A stretch of DNA of 64,000 bases, taken from the NCBI GenBank assembly GCA_965140415.1, contig OZ223209.1, positions 2,688,001 to 2,752,000 on the forward strand, read 5' to 3'. A model generated the notes under the pieces. The model had not been told where the DNA came from, ran no database searches, and saw only the letters and a program-made list of their open reading frames with translations. The translations under genes and the position numbers were made by a program. Origin of the DNA: Myxococcota bacterium. Lineage in GTDB: Bacteria; Myxococcota_A; SURF-8. Of the stretch, positions 1 through 10,660 are shown one piece after another (position 1 is the first letter of the stretch; each line of letters starts with the position of its first letter).

Positions 1-625
1 CGATCTGTTCCAGCGCTTCATCGCTGCCGACACCCGCAACATGCATGATACCGTCTAACTTGGCGTTATAATTGAAGATCCATTCTACGGATTCGCCGTC
101 GATGGCATCCAGTACGGATTGGTAATTTGTTTCTTCGCTCGCCCGCCAATCGGAAACGTGATAGGGGATTTTCGCCAGTTCGCAGGCGCTGAAAATATTG
201 TCCCCCTGCAAGATGCCATCCGGGGCGAAAATACTTTTCTTTTCGCAATAGTCGAACAGGTGGATGTACTTGAACGGCATGTTGTAGATTTGAAAGTAAC
301 CGGTATAGCCGTACAGATTTTTAATGACTTCCGAAATTTTATTGCGAATGCGCGCCCGTGACGCAAAGAAATCCGGCACCAGTCGCAAGGGCGCCAGCCA
401 CTTGAATGGGGAATGCTCCGGGTCGTAGTAGTAGAACGAGAAGTGCCCGTGTTCATTCGGTTTTCGCCCTGTGAGAATCGTGGGCACGGCGGTGCTGGAA
501 TACCCCAGAATCGACTCCAGCTTTTTACGCTGGGGCAGGGCGTCGTTCAGGAAATCCATATTTTTAAGGATTTCCCAGCCGAAGGCGTCGATGAATATAA
601 ATAAAGACAGTTTCTTGTTATTCAT
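1..625 (-). CDS. Alkaline phosphatase superfamily protein (nucleotide pyrophosphatase/phosphodiesterase-like), 3' end outside window
   Basis: Hand translation from ATG at 625: MNNKKLSLFIFIDAFGW...LGYSSTAVPTILTGRKPNEHGH; the FIDA and S/T..PTILTG..P..HG motifs are AlkP-like. Missing from the ORF track because it has no stop in the window. Confidence 0.75.
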   Translation of the reverse strand, partial: MNNKKLSLFIFIDAFGWEILKNMDFLNDALPQRKKLESILGYSSTAVPTILTGRKPNEHGHFSFYYYDPEHSPFKWLAPLRLVPDFFASRARIRNKISEVIKNLYGYTGYFQIYNMPFKYIHLFDYCEKKSIFAPDGILQGDNIFSACELAKIPYHVSDWRASEETNYQSVLDAIDGESVEWIFNYNAKLDGIMHVAGVGSDEALEQI

Positions 626-627
626 GC

Positions 628-2700
628 TCAATTCACCTCCCGCCACAGTTCCAGCAGTCTCCGGGTCGCTGTTTGGCGAAAATCATTGGTGGAGCCGGAT
701 TCCCATTGTTCCGGTGCGGGTAAAAAGAGCGCATCGGAAAGCAGGGCGGGGGACAGAATGTCATGGGAAGGTGCATACAGCAGCATCGGGGCTGCCACCC
801 GTACACGAGTCTGGGGATGGGCGACATAGCTGCGAGCCTTGTCCGTGGATGCCGGCAGACGTCCCGAAAAACGCAGGGTCTTATAGGCGTTCAATGGAGC
901 TTTCACTGTAAACGATGGATGTTCAAGGCGCTGCACGGTGTACTCGGACCAGGATTTGGCTCCGGTCGCAACCTGGATGAACCAGCGGTGCGCCTGCTCG
1001 AACAATTCCTTGGAGGAATTCCAGAAGGCTTGCAGTTCCTCTTTCTGTGTTAGTGGGAACGTGGGATGCAGGCGAAATTCACTGGCTTTTTGATAAGCCT
1101 GCCGAATCTGCTCGAACGGAGCCGGAGTCAGTCGTTCCAATTGCATCAGGCGTTGCAGGCGTTCCCGGTAGCTGTAGTGGTACAATCTCAGGCGCAGCAG
1201 CACGATGTCCCCAGCCGCCAGCATCGCTTTGTGGATGTTGCGCGTGACAAAGCTGACGTCCTCTTCGGAAAGGGAATCTTCCGCTTTATCAAGTACTTGC
1301 TGTGCTAAAAGAAGGCCGATTGCGCGATTCATCAATAGGCGCTCGCCTTCGTCGTAGGGAATGTCGCGTTCCTGTCGATCCGGCATCATTGCCAGAAATC
1401 GATCCGGGCCGTGCAGCATCCGGTGGCCGCGCCGCAACTCGTACCATTCGATGCGCGGTGGAGCATTCTTTAACTTCGTGGTGCTCACCGGGGCGATATC
1501 GACATCGATTCCCATCTGTTCGCTCAATTCTTCTCCGAGCTGGCGAACCTCTTCTACCAGTTTACGAGGCAGCTTCTGTGTTGGGAAATCGAAGACGGCG
1601 TACAGGTCGTAGTCATTGTACGGAACCGGACCGTTTGGAGTTTGCACGATGCCGCCTTCCCGGCGACCGTAACCGCCCCCAAGCACGATGCCTACCGGAG
1701 CGGGATACAACTGCAAAAGTTTGCTGCGGATCTGGTCGAAATCGGCAGTCAGGCGCGCTTCGAATTCCGGGTTATGCTCGATGGTGTACAAGCCTTCGGT
1801 CGGCTGGGACAGATCCGGGGCGACACGGCGATCCGGCAGGGGTGCGCTCTTGCCGCCGCGATGAACGCCGCGCCAGTGCCCGAGCTTTTCCGCAAACCGC
1901 AAAGGCAGGCTCTGTAGAGCCGCTTGAGTGTTGCTTTCCGTAATCGCATAGGAGATGTCACGAGCGGTAGTGGTGATCATCGGCAAAGCGACACGGCGCA
2001 GAAAGGAGGAGGACAGGGGAGAAAGGGAGTAGATCCAGCTATCGGCTTCTCCTTCTCCGATATGGCGCTTGTAGCTTTGCGATAGGGTGTAATTGTGGGA
2101 ATGAACGACGATTGAAGACGGTACGTAGAGCACTTTTTTGTTTTCCAGGCGAGCGCGGTAGGTCCAATCGATATCTTCCGAATATTGGATCGCTCCATCG
2201 AAGGGGCGCTTTTGCCAGTATTCGCGACGAATGGCGCTGCCTGCCATCGAGAAGAAGTGCCCCCAACTACGATGACCGCCTTCCGGACCGAAAGCACGCT
2301 CGTAGTCCATTTGGACCAGGGGCGTGGCGTCGGGTCGGGCAATCTGGCGGCTGAAGGTGGCGATCAGGTCAGGATCGGATTTGAAGGGGGCGATCAGATT
2401 TGCCAGCCAATCGCGCCCGACCGGGGTGGCGTCGGCATTTAAAAACACCACGACATCGCTTTCGCATAGCGACATGCCCATGTTAAGCACCTGGCCGGGG
2501 ATGTATTCGTTGGGACGAATGTGGTAAAGACGACCTCCCAATTCGCGGATGACATCCAGGCTGCCGTCGGTCGAGCCGCTGTCGATGTGAATCAACTCGA
2601 ACGACACACCTTGCTGATTACGCAATGATTCCAACGTCTGGCGGACGAGTTGCGGAGAGTCATTCATCGAACGCATGATAATGGTGGTTTTCTTTTTCAT
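628..2700 (-). CDS. GT2 glycosyltransferase fused to a Pol-beta-type nucleotidyltransferase domain
   Basis: N-term IDSGSTDGS, FLNADA, SEDIDW (GT2, rhamnosyltransferase-like); C-term LGGGYGRREGG...PYNDYD...DVD (NTase). Start at MKKKTT (2700) preferred over 2739. Confidence 0.8.
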   Translation of the reverse strand: MKKKTTIIMRSMNDSPQLVRQTLESLRNQQGVSFELIHIDSGSTDGSLDVIRELGGRLYHIRPNEYIPGQVLNMGMSLCESDVVVFLNADATPVGRDWLANLIAPFKSDPDLIATFSRQIARPDATPLVQMDYERAFGPEGGHRSWGHFFSMAGSAIRREYWQKRPFDGAIQYSEDIDWTYRARLENKKVLYVPSSIVVHSHNYTLSQSYKRHIGEGEADSWIYSLSPLSSSFLRRVALPMITTTARDISYAITESNTQAALQSLPLRFAEKLGHWRGVHRGGKSAPLPDRRVAPDLSQPTEGLYTIEHNPEFEARLTADFDQIRSKLLQLYPAPVGIVLGGGYGRREGGIVQTPNGPVPYNDYDLYAVFDFPTQKLPRKLVEEVRQLGEELSEQMGIDVDIAPVSTTKLKNAPPRIEWYELRRGHRMLHGPDRFLAMMPDRQERDIPYDEGERLLMNRAIGLLLAQQVLDKAEDSLSEEDVSFVTRNIHKAMLAAGDIVLLRLRLYHYSYRERLQRLMQLERLTPAPFEQIRQAYQKASEFRLHPTFPLTQKEELQAFWNSSKELFEQAHRWFIQVATGAKSWSEYTVQRLEHPSFTVKAPLNAYKTLRFSGRLPASTDKARSYVAHPQTRVRVAAPMLLYAPSHDILSPALLSDALFLPAPEQWESGSTNDFRQTATRRLLELWREVN

Positions 2701-2930
2701 GGTGTAGCAGATACCCTCGACAATCAACTTATTCCACACAATGACGCACTGTGACTATCACAAATCGCCGCTCAAGCGCAATTTTGGTGGGATGTCTTTG
2801 TGTCGCTATCTTCTTGCACTTTATGCTTGTCGCGTATTATCATACGAAATCATTGCTTTATCAAGAAATCAGTGGGATGTAAGGATCGGAGAGTCTCCGG
2901 GAGCTTGTGAATTAGGAGCTGGAGTGGCCG

Positions 2931-4091
2931 ATGAAAATACTGGTAGCTGAAGATGACAACATGATGCGGCGCATGCTGGAAGTGTCGCTGCTGCGCTGGG
3001 GTTATGCCTGCCAGGTTGCTGAAAACGGTGACAAAGCCTGGAAAAGTTTCGAAAGCGGCGAGTACGATATTGTCATCACGGACTGGATGATGCCGGGAAT
3101 GGATGGTATCGAACTGTGCAAGCGAATTCGAAAAGCTCCGGGAGTCGGCTATACTTATATCATTTTGCTGACTTCTTTGGACAGCAAGGGGCATCTGGCG
3201 CATGGCATTGAAGAAGGGGCGGACGATTACATCGAGAAGCCTTTCGATCCGGCGGAATTGCGTGCACGTCTGATGGCTGCCGAGCGAATCCTGAAACTGG
3301 AACGTTCGCTTGCGGCATCGAACCGCAAAATGTCCGACGATCTTCGTAAGGCCGCGACTACACTGGAAAACCTGTTACCCAACAGAAAAACCTTCTCCGA
3401 TCACTTGAAAGTGGATTGGCACTTTCAGCCGACCGGATATATCGGTGGAGACTTTTTCAACATTCAACGGCTGGATGATTCCAATGTCGCCGTGTACATG
3501 ATCGATGTCAGCGGGCATGGGGTTTCGGCAGCGTTGATGGTCACTTTGCTGCACCATTTACTGCGTCCGCAATTGGACCAGGGTGGCATTCTGGTAAAAG
3601 CGGACGTGAGGGGAAATACACGTCTGGCCAGCCCTTCCGAAGTGGCGGAAACTTTAAACCAACGCTTTCAGATTGATGCGAACACAAGTATGTTCTTTAC
3701 GTTTTTCTATTGCATCGTGAACGTGAAAGAACGAAGTGTGCGCTGGATGCGTGCCGGTCATCCAAGACCCTTATTGCTGTCGAATCATGAGTTGGTTGTT
3801 TTGGAGGCGGGCGATCCGCCCATCGGTGTGCTGGAGGATCATCATTTTCAGGAATATCGGACGGACCTGCAACCTGGTGATCGATTGATTTTGTTCTCCG
3901 ATGGATTGACCGAGCTTGAAAACCCTCAGGAAGAACAATTCGGTGAAGATGGATTGCGGGAGATTTTAGCAAAGGAACCGTATCATAACTTGCCGGAATT
4001 GATTACTTCCGTCGTGGCCGGGGCGCACTCGTTTTGCATGAAACGCGAGCCGGAAGATGATATCTCGCTATTGGCATTTGAAATTTTGTGA
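2931..4091 (+). CDS. Response regulator with PP2C/SpoIIE phosphatase output domain
   Basis: REC domain (AEDD, TDWMMP, KPF) followed by GGDFF, DVSGHG, SDGL and EDDIS motifs. Confidence 0.92.
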   Translation: MKILVAEDDNMMRRMLEVSLLRWGYACQVAENGDKAWKSFESGEYDIVITDWMMPGMDGIELCKRIRKAPGVGYTYIILLTSLDSKGHLAHGIEEGADDYIEKPFDPAELRARLMAAERILKLERSLAASNRKMSDDLRKAATTLENLLPNRKTFSDHLKVDWHFQPTGYIGGDFFNIQRLDDSNVAVYMIDVSGHGVSAALMVTLLHHLLRPQLDQGGILVKADVRGNTRLASPSEVAETLNQRFQIDANTSMFFTFFYCIVNVKERSVRWMRAGHPRPLLLSNHELVVLEAGDPPIGVLEDHHFQEYRTDLQPGDRLILFSDGLTELENPQEEQFGEDGLREILAKEPYHNLPELITSVVAGAHSFCMKREPEDDISLLAFEIL

Positions 4092-4098
4092 AGGTCCA

Positions 4099-6474
4099 CT
4101 AGCGTACCGGTTGATGTCCATGGCTTTTCTTGATACGCTGCATGGCCTGCCATAACCATCCTTTAGGAGACGGCAAGGGGATTTCGATTTGGTACAAGGC
4201 ATCTTCCTGCTGCGCCCAGGATTTTTTCCAGGAAGATCCCTCGCCTCCCAGTTCTACGTTTCGTATTCCGATTTCATGCAAACGCTTTAGCCAGTTGTAA
4301 AACGTGAATTGTCCCACTCCATAGCGATGATAGTCGCGGTCGTAGGCTGTGAGCAACGCATAGGCATTCGCTTTGCGAATCAATCCCAGATAGGTGGCAA
4401 CGGGTTTTCCTTCAATGCTGAGCAGAAAGAGGTCCAGTTCGCTTTTCTGCGCCCAATGTTCCGCAGCTTCTCTGAAATAGGCGGCAACCAATTTCGGATC
4501 GGAAAAGCCGGTTTTTGTCGCTTCTTCGATCTGCCAGGAATTCTTACGCAACTGTTCAAATTTCTCGAAAAGTTCTTGAAAGTCCGGGTCGGAGAAGGTT
4601 TTGCCACTGACGTGCTGAAATTCGAATCGGGAGTGGAAGTCCTTTTCGATTTTTCGTTCAGATCGTTTGATATTCTTGATGAGATTCTTGTGTTCTCTCT
4701 GAAGGTTCTGCTCGTATTCTTCAAACGTTTCAGGGAATTGGATGAGTTGACTTACTGTGAAGATGCGTGACTGAACGAAGTGTTGTCTGGCATGCAATTC
4801 CTGAAGCCACCGGTTCGCGTTGTTCTCGTCCTGACGGTACAGGCCGATCAGATCGGTCTGGGTGATCTCTGCGATTCGGGGAAGGGCATCCGTCATTTTT
4901 CGGCAGGCCATATCCTCCAAGCCTTGACGCATCGGAAATGCAGGAAGCCGCATGGTCATTTGATCCAGTGAGCGGAGAGTTGTAAAGGATATTCCCCGGC
5001 GAGTGACCTGTTCTTCCAGAAAGATAGCCGCAGCCAATAAGCCACTTGGGCGGCCTTCCGGCATGGGAATGCGGATGACCCAGCAGCGTTGATTCGGGAA
5101 GAAGTGTTTCCAAAGCGTGAAGGAATGTTCCCAACTCGACCAGGGAGTTGAAAAACTACTGTTTTCCAACTGTATGAATTCTTTTCGAATATCCTGCCAA
5201 TCGTTTTCGGATTGAAGAGGCGTTACTTGTATGTCTGGTGTCGCGTGAGCAGTTGACTTGGCTGTCGTTGTCTTACCGGTACCGGTCGAAGCTTCAAAAT
5301 CCTGGCGACTTTGAATGGCGTGGACCGGTTCGAAATGACTCGGTCGGAATCGCTGAAGTTGTTGTTGCAAACTAAAAAGGCGTGCTTTCCAGCCCGCTAA
5401 TGGCACTTCCAGCATATGAACGGGGCGTTCATGAGTGGACCAGCGCCGTTTCCATAACACGCCTTCACCACCGAAATCCAGCGTCCGATCGCCTCGGTCG
5501 TGGCTGTCTAAAATCATGTGCATCAGGTTATTGGTGCCGATGCCGTATTGCTCGAATTCCGTACCGTAATAGGTCATCAATAACCACAGGTAACCATCGA
5601 TGGCGACGTTGAAATAGCAGCTAAGTAATTGATCTCCCAAACGATAAGCGCAGAAGTCAAGCTGACCTAGACGACTCCATTCTTTTGCCGATTGTTCAAC
5701 GTATTGAAAACCCTGTGCAATTGGAGCCTGGCCGTGCTGTGACTGTGATTGCGTTTGCCAAGAGGAACGCCACAGATCGAGAAATTGCCTCCAAAGCCCG
5801 TTGTCTTTTAACTGCTGGAACACATCACCGCGAAATCGCTCGAAAACGGGTGAAAGTCCACTGTGCTCAGCCAGTTTGCGCTCCATGCGCTGCATATTGT
5901 GGCGTTTCTTTTTGACATTGGATTGTTCGAACCAGCAGGTCAAATCCAGTACTTGATCGTAGGTTAATAGTCGGTCTCGATAAGTAACTCCCGCCTTGTG
6001 TAATGCCTCCGTCCACTGTCGCCGATTTTGATGGTCTAATTGCCCGAAACACAACTGATCACAATCACTAGCTTTTCCTATTTGAGCCAATGCCGAAGCC
6101 AGGGCGTTATAAGCTTCAGGGCGATTTTCATCGGAAACGAGTATTGGTGGATAAGTCGCGGCCATCCAATCCAGCGAACGCAAAATTTTCAGCGTTCCAT
6201 ATCGTCGGCGAGAGTGTTCTTCTCGAAATACGCCAATTGCGATCAGATCGGACTTTCGCCGCATTTCCATCAGCCAGAAGGGAGCTTTTGGAAAACCGAG
6301 AGTGCGAGCCTGATGAATATGCAGCCAGCCGGACCAGGGATTTGAAGGGACGGTTTGGGAGAGGTGTTTGACAGAAAAACGGCATTGATCCCAGGCGGAG
6401 TCGTCGTTCAAGGCGATCAAGTGGATTTCAACACCGTTCGGGCAGAGAATCCTATTGGTTCGAGGGATTCTCAT
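4099..6474 (-). CDS. Tandem GNAT (Acetyltransf_6, CelD/BcsL-like) domain protein
   Basis: Two repeated domains ending DFGGEGVLWKRRW and ELGGEGSSWKKSW; ATG at 6474 overlaps the upstream stop (ATGA). Confidence 0.75.
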   Translation of the reverse strand: MRIPRTNRILCPNGVEIHLIALNDDSAWDQCRFSVKHLSQTVPSNPWSGWLHIHQARTLGFPKAPFWLMEMRRKSDLIAIGVFREEHSRRRYGTLKILRSLDWMAATYPPILVSDENRPEAYNALASALAQIGKASDCDQLCFGQLDHQNRRQWTEALHKAGVTYRDRLLTYDQVLDLTCWFEQSNVKKKRHNMQRMERKLAEHSGLSPVFERFRGDVFQQLKDNGLWRQFLDLWRSSWQTQSQSQHGQAPIAQGFQYVEQSAKEWSRLGQLDFCAYRLGDQLLSCYFNVAIDGYLWLLMTYYGTEFEQYGIGTNNLMHMILDSHDRGDRTLDFGGEGVLWKRRWSTHERPVHMLEVPLAGWKARLFSLQQQLQRFRPSHFEPVHAIQSRQDFEASTGTGKTTTAKSTAHATPDIQVTPLQSENDWQDIRKEFIQLENSSFSTPWSSWEHSFTLWKHFFPNQRCWVIRIPMPEGRPSGLLAAAIFLEEQVTRRGISFTTLRSLDQMTMRLPAFPMRQGLEDMACRKMTDALPRIAEITQTDLIGLYRQDENNANRWLQELHARQHFVQSRIFTVSQLIQFPETFEEYEQNLQREHKNLIKNIKRSERKIEKDFHSRFEFQHVSGKTFSDPDFQELFEKFEQLRKNSWQIEEATKTGFSDPKLVAAYFREAAEHWAQKSELDLFLLSIEGKPVATYLGLIRKANAYALLTAYDRDYHRYGVGQFTFYNWLKRLHEIGIRNVELGGEGSSWKKSWAQQEDALYQIEIPLPSPKGWLWQAMQRIKKSHGHQPVR

Positions 6475-7604
6475 GGATCTTCTCCGGTTGGGAAAGCCGT
6501 GTTTTTCTTTAGGAATCGATGATAGGTTGACCAGACCGTTGATTTGAATCCCCACAGTGGCAAGGTGACTTCATGAGTCGACACGAGTTCGTTCGACCAG
6601 AACAGTTTGCCGGATTCGGCAGCGCCTCCCAGGATGATTCTTCGGTCGCCATTATCGTAACTATCTTGTAATTGCTGGTGAAACAAGATTCGTCCCGGAC
6701 TGAATCGGGCCAGCTCCAGATCGTAGGACAGTAAAATCACCCACTGAATGTCATCGGTGATCACATTCACCTGACCAGCAACTAGACGGTCTCCGGCGCG
6801 CAGCAATAAGAGATCCAGCCAGCCCAAATCTTTCCAACCCGAAACGGCCTGTTGGAAAAAGCGGGTAAGCCGTTCGACATAACCATTATTCAGACGCTGG
6901 GCTTCCTTGTATTGCCAGGTTCGTGTGCGTAACTCCTCGAATTCCTTCCAGAGTTGATTGAATTCCTCTTTTTGAGCTTGCTGACCACGGATTCTTTGAA
7001 CGGCTAACGGCTGTTTTAATTCTTCTTCCAACATACGCATGGAACGGCGGATGTTGTACAGGGATTTTCTTTTCTTGGTTTTGAAATAAGCTTCTACACC
7101 ATCAACTAGTGATAGTTCGTGGCTGCGATTAAACTGTTTGTGATGATATGGAATATGTTTGTTTTCCAAATCCGAAACGATTTTCCTGCAACGTAACGGA
7201 TTCATTTTGTATAGCGAAATCAGATCGGAGTTGGTGGCTTTTGCAATGTCTTTTCTTTTTTCAAGGAAGGCCTGGCACACGGTATCTTCACAACCGGAAC
7301 GAACGATCATAGGTGCCATGTACATCACAGCAAAGTCCATCGAGCGTAATTCACGGAAGCGAAGACCATGACGTTTGTTGAAGCATTGGATGAAGAAGCC
7401 GGCGGAAAGGAGTTCTTTTCCAAGATAAATCCGAATTAGCCAGGCGGGTCTGCCTTCGCCATGCATTACCCAGACAGCCTTTTGAAAATTCCAGTTCATA
7501 TACGGATCGGGTGGAGCGGCTTTTTCCAACGCCTGAATCTCATCGCGTACACAGAGCCAGTCCTGCTCAGTGTATAGTGCGGTTGTGATTAAGGTCGGTT
7601 TCAA
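6471..7604 (-). CDS. GNAT (Acetyltransf_6, CelD/BcsL-like) protein
   Basis: SYDLELARFSPGRIL and LGGAAESGKLFW motifs; paralogous to the downstream tandem GNAT. Confidence 0.78.
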   Translation of the reverse strand: MKPTLITTALYTEQDWLCVRDEIQALEKAAPPDPYMNWNFQKAVWVMHGEGRPAWLIRIYLGKELLSAGFFIQCFNKRHGLRFRELRSMDFAVMYMAPMIVRSGCEDTVCQAFLEKRKDIAKATNSDLISLYKMNPLRCRKIVSDLENKHIPYHHKQFNRSHELSLVDGVEAYFKTKKRKSLYNIRRSMRMLEEELKQPLAVQRIRGQQAQKEEFNQLWKEFEELRTRTWQYKEAQRLNNGYVERLTRFFQQAVSGWKDLGWLDLLLLRAGDRLVAGQVNVITDDIQWVILLSYDLELARFSPGRILFHQQLQDSYDNGDRRIILGGAAESGKLFWSNELVSTHEVTLPLWGFKSTVWSTYHRFLKKNTAFPTGEDP

Positions 7605-7615
7605 AGTTCCTGCTC

Positions 7616-9217
7616 CTACGATCGTTTTGTAAAGGATCGAATGCGATCCATCAAATTACCGATTTGCTCTCGTTCTTCTTTAAGGGCCGTAATCTTGAAG
7701 AATACGAAATAATAACTGAATGCCGACAGCAGTCCGAATCCTGCGGCAGCCGCCATCCAGAGCCGACCTTCCGGTACGAAGCGCTGCATCAGTTCTGCAA
7801 GTCCGAAACCGATTGAGACGCAAACGGCAAAGGGCAGGACATGGGTGCGATAAACCATGCTCCACCAATATCTCAAGGGGACGTCCATACGTTTTGAAAT
7901 TCGGTTTAAAAAGAGCGGAATCATCAGGGTGACATTAAGAAAGAGTCCAGCCAGTGCAACACCTAAAGGCCCCCAAAGATTACCGCCGGTGTAGGCCAGC
8001 GGAATATAGGCCAACAGAAAGAGGATGGAGACGGAATTCGTCCAACGATGTTCTCCCGATAAGGTCAAGGCGTTACTGGCGGTCATGTAGGGAGCGCCTA
8101 AAGCCACGCTGGAGGCTAAAACAGCTAATGGACCGGCGGCTTCGGTGGCCAGATCGCCTCCAACCCAGCCTTTCAGGAAGGGGCCGCCTAAAGGAATGGC
8201 AACCGCAGCCAGTGGACCGCTTAAAAGCATTGCGCGTCGGGAAAGCGCCAGGGTCAGCCAACCGGCTTCCTTGCGACCTTCTTTGGAATTGGCGGAGAGT
8301 TTGGCAATCGTCGGACCACCTGCAAAAATCACCTGTGCGGACAATTCCGCACTGATGGAAGTCAGTCGACTGGCAATACCGAAGGCACCTGTTGACACCA
8401 GACCGGCGGTGACCTGTACCAGCAGTACTCCGGAACGCGCCAGAAAAACGGCGACGATTTGGCCCAGCCAGGCAAATACGGCAAACTCGGATAAGCGCTT
8501 GACGTGAGAGCTTTTAATACGGAAGGGATTGTAACTCCCAAGAGGAACAACCGAGCGGGACATGACGACATAGAGCAGGTGCTCCAGCAGCATGGAGCCT
8601 AAATAGGCGTAGGCCAGACCCATCAAACCAAGTTCCGAGGATAACGCCCAAAGCCCAAGGAAGAAGTAAATGATGTTGGCGATGCCCTGGGTAAAATGCG
8701 CACGCGCCATTTTTCGTTGAGAAATCAACACGGTGCTAAAGGTGCGCATTGGAATGGAGATGGCCAGTCGCCAGATGAAAATGGCGATCACGCCACCCGC
8801 CTCTTCCGTGAAATGACCTGGAACCTCAAAAAGATGTGCAATTTCAACTGAAAAGGGCAGGCCAATCAGCAATACCAACAGGCCACTGCCCATTGTCAAC
8901 CAGAAACTGACATTGGCAAGTTCCCTCATTTCCTGCGGATTGCTTAGAAAGTCGATTTCGCTCAGGTAGCGATTGGAAGCCTGGACAAGCCCCATTTCCA
9001 GGAAGCTTAGAACCCCGACCAGCGCCATGGCCAACGTCCAGATACCGTATTTCTCTTCCCCGACATAATGAATGATGATCGGAACCAGGATCATCATGGC
9101 AAGCAGTTGCGTCGCCATGCGGAATGCACCGCTGAAGGCGTGCAGAGTCATCCAATAGTCGGTGTGACCTTCCATTGGGGCAGGGATTTGATCTGGAATA
9201 TTAGGGCCTTCGACCAT
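7616..9217 (-). CDS. Wzx-type oligosaccharide flippase
   Basis: Many TM helices; PIIIHYVGEEKYGIW...FLEMGL N-terminal pattern. Confidence 0.85.
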   Translation of the reverse strand: MVEGPNIPDQIPAPMEGHTDYWMTLHAFSGAFRMATQLLAMMILVPIIIHYVGEEKYGIWTLAMALVGVLSFLEMGLVQASNRYLSEIDFLSNPQEMRELANVSFWLTMGSGLLVLLIGLPFSVEIAHLFEVPGHFTEEAGGVIAIFIWRLAISIPMRTFSTVLISQRKMARAHFTQGIANIIYFFLGLWALSSELGLMGLAYAYLGSMLLEHLLYVVMSRSVVPLGSYNPFRIKSSHVKRLSEFAVFAWLGQIVAVFLARSGVLLVQVTAGLVSTGAFGIASRLTSISAELSAQVIFAGGPTIAKLSANSKEGRKEAGWLTLALSRRAMLLSGPLAAVAIPLGGPFLKGWVGGDLATEAAGPLAVLASSVALGAPYMTASNALTLSGEHRWTNSVSILFLLAYIPLAYTGGNLWGPLGVALAGLFLNVTLMIPLFLNRISKRMDVPLRYWWSMVYRTHVLPFAVCVSIGFGLAELMQRFVPEGRLWMAAAAGFGLLSAFSYYFVFFKITALKEEREQIGNLMDRIRSFTKRS

Positions 9218-9502
9218 CTAGCGCCGTTTCTTAAAATACCGTTTTGGGTTTTAGTGTTTTACAAATTTCACTAATTTCATCAAACTATATAGCTAATCGG
9301 TCATCTGTTGGAAATCTTTACAGTTTTGTAAATTTCCACTTCCTGTTTTGCGTGCTGCTGGAACGGGTCGTAGATAGGTTTTGCCACCCATATTATTTCC
9401 AATCTTTTTAAGTACTTCGTCCATATAAGGGAAGCTTCGACCAGTCCGTTTATCTCGCGGTGTTATATTCTACACGAAAATTAGGTACAACTTGCAATAT
9501 GA

Positions 9503-9528
9503 TGTAACATTTCGTTATGGAAAACGTC
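9503..9528 (+). promoter_or_regulatory. ECF-sigma promoter (autoregulatory)
   Basis: TGTAAC-N16-CGTC just upstream of the ECF sigma gene. Confidence 0.6.
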
Positions 9529-9553
9529 CTATTGATGGAGTTGGAACTCCTGA

Positions 9554-10117
9554 ATGAAGGATGAACGTATGGATCGCCATCAATGGATCGACAGCTTGTT
9601 CAGAAATCATGCCGAGGATTTGTTTCGGTATCTTCGAACGTTTCGCTTACCGGAAGACGAAACCTACGACTTGGTGCAGGCTGCTTTTCTGGCGATTCTG
9701 AAGGAGGATTTAGATAGCATTCAGCGTCCGCGTTCATGGCTGTTCACCGTCGGACGAAACCTGGCGATCAACTCCTTGCGAAGTGGAAAACGAAGTGTTT
9801 CCGGGATCGAGATAGACGAAAAGCCGGGAGATGAACCTTTAGCTGATGAAGTGATGATTCAGGGCGAGAGTGATGAAGAGTTGTGGCAGGCATTTGCCAA
9901 ACTGCCTCAACGAGATCAGGAGTTATTGAGATTACAGATTCTGGATGAATTGTCCACACGCGAAATTGCAGACGTGCTGGCCATGTCGGAATCGGCGGTG
10001 CGAGTCGCTTTGCATCGAGCCCGCCAGCGTCTAAGGGAAGTGGTTGAATCCCTGGATGAAGAACCGGTTGTCGCCACGATGGCGGCTATGTCATTGAAAA
10101 CGGGAGAAGGAACATGA
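9554..10117 (+). CDS. ECF RNA polymerase sigma factor
   Basis: DLVQAAF, SWLFTVGRNLAIN (region 2); LSTREIADVL...VRVALHRAR (region 4). Confidence 0.93.
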   Translation: MKDERMDRHQWIDSLFRNHAEDLFRYLRTFRLPEDETYDLVQAAFLAILKEDLDSIQRPRSWLFTVGRNLAINSLRSGKRSVSGIEIDEKPGDEPLADEVMIQGESDEELWQAFAKLPQRDQELLRLQILDELSTREIADVLAMSESAVRVALHRARQRLREVVESLDEEPVVATMAAMSLKTGEGT

Positions 10118-10572
10118 CACCCGTACAAAAAAAAGATTCTTTGGATGAGCGCTTGGGAATACTGCTGCGCAAGCATGACAGCTCTGTCGATACGCAGCGA
10201 ATGGAAGAGATGAGAAAGAACCTGCTAAAGCAGGTACCCAGGCAATCGTTCTGGTCGAAGCGTCGGCTGCTCTTCGCTTTTGCCGATGCATTCGTTCTTG
10301 TGTTGATCGCATTCGGAGCGTGGCTGTACGTACAATCCGGGCCTGACAGTCTTCAAAAAGCGAGCGTACCTGATGCCTTGCAGGCGGAACGGGTGCTGGA
10401 TGTTGCCTCGGACGAAGAACGCCTGGAGCAGATGGTTGCCCTGCTTGAAACAATGACGACAACGGAAGAAACGGGCGATACGGCATTGGATAATGGTTGG
10501 AGATTCGATTCTACCGGATTGGATGACTCCGAGCTGGATAGCTGGTTGGGATTGAATTCCGGTTGGATGTAA
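10114..10572 (+). CDS. Single-TM putative anti-sigma factor
   Basis: Overlaps the sigma stop (ATGA); one TM helix; acidic periplasmic tail. Confidence 0.6.
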   Translation: MTPVQKKDSLDERLGILLRKHDSSVDTQRMEEMRKNLLKQVPRQSFWSKRRLLFAFADAFVLVLIAFGAWLYVQSGPDSLQKASVPDALQAERVLDVASDEERLEQMVALLETMTTTEETGDTALDNGWRFDSTGLDDSELDSWLGLNSGWM

Positions 10573-10593
10573 CAAACTGGAGCGGAGTGTGTC
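10568..10593 (+). promoter_or_regulatory. Second ECF-type promoter
   Basis: TGTAAC-N16-TGTC; shares GATGTAACA with the 9503 promoter. Confidence 0.5.
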
Positions 10594-10660
10594 TTTCATG
10601 CAGAGAGTGAACATAAGATCCGGATCGCATGGAAGGAAATCCACCAAAAGGAGTCGCACT

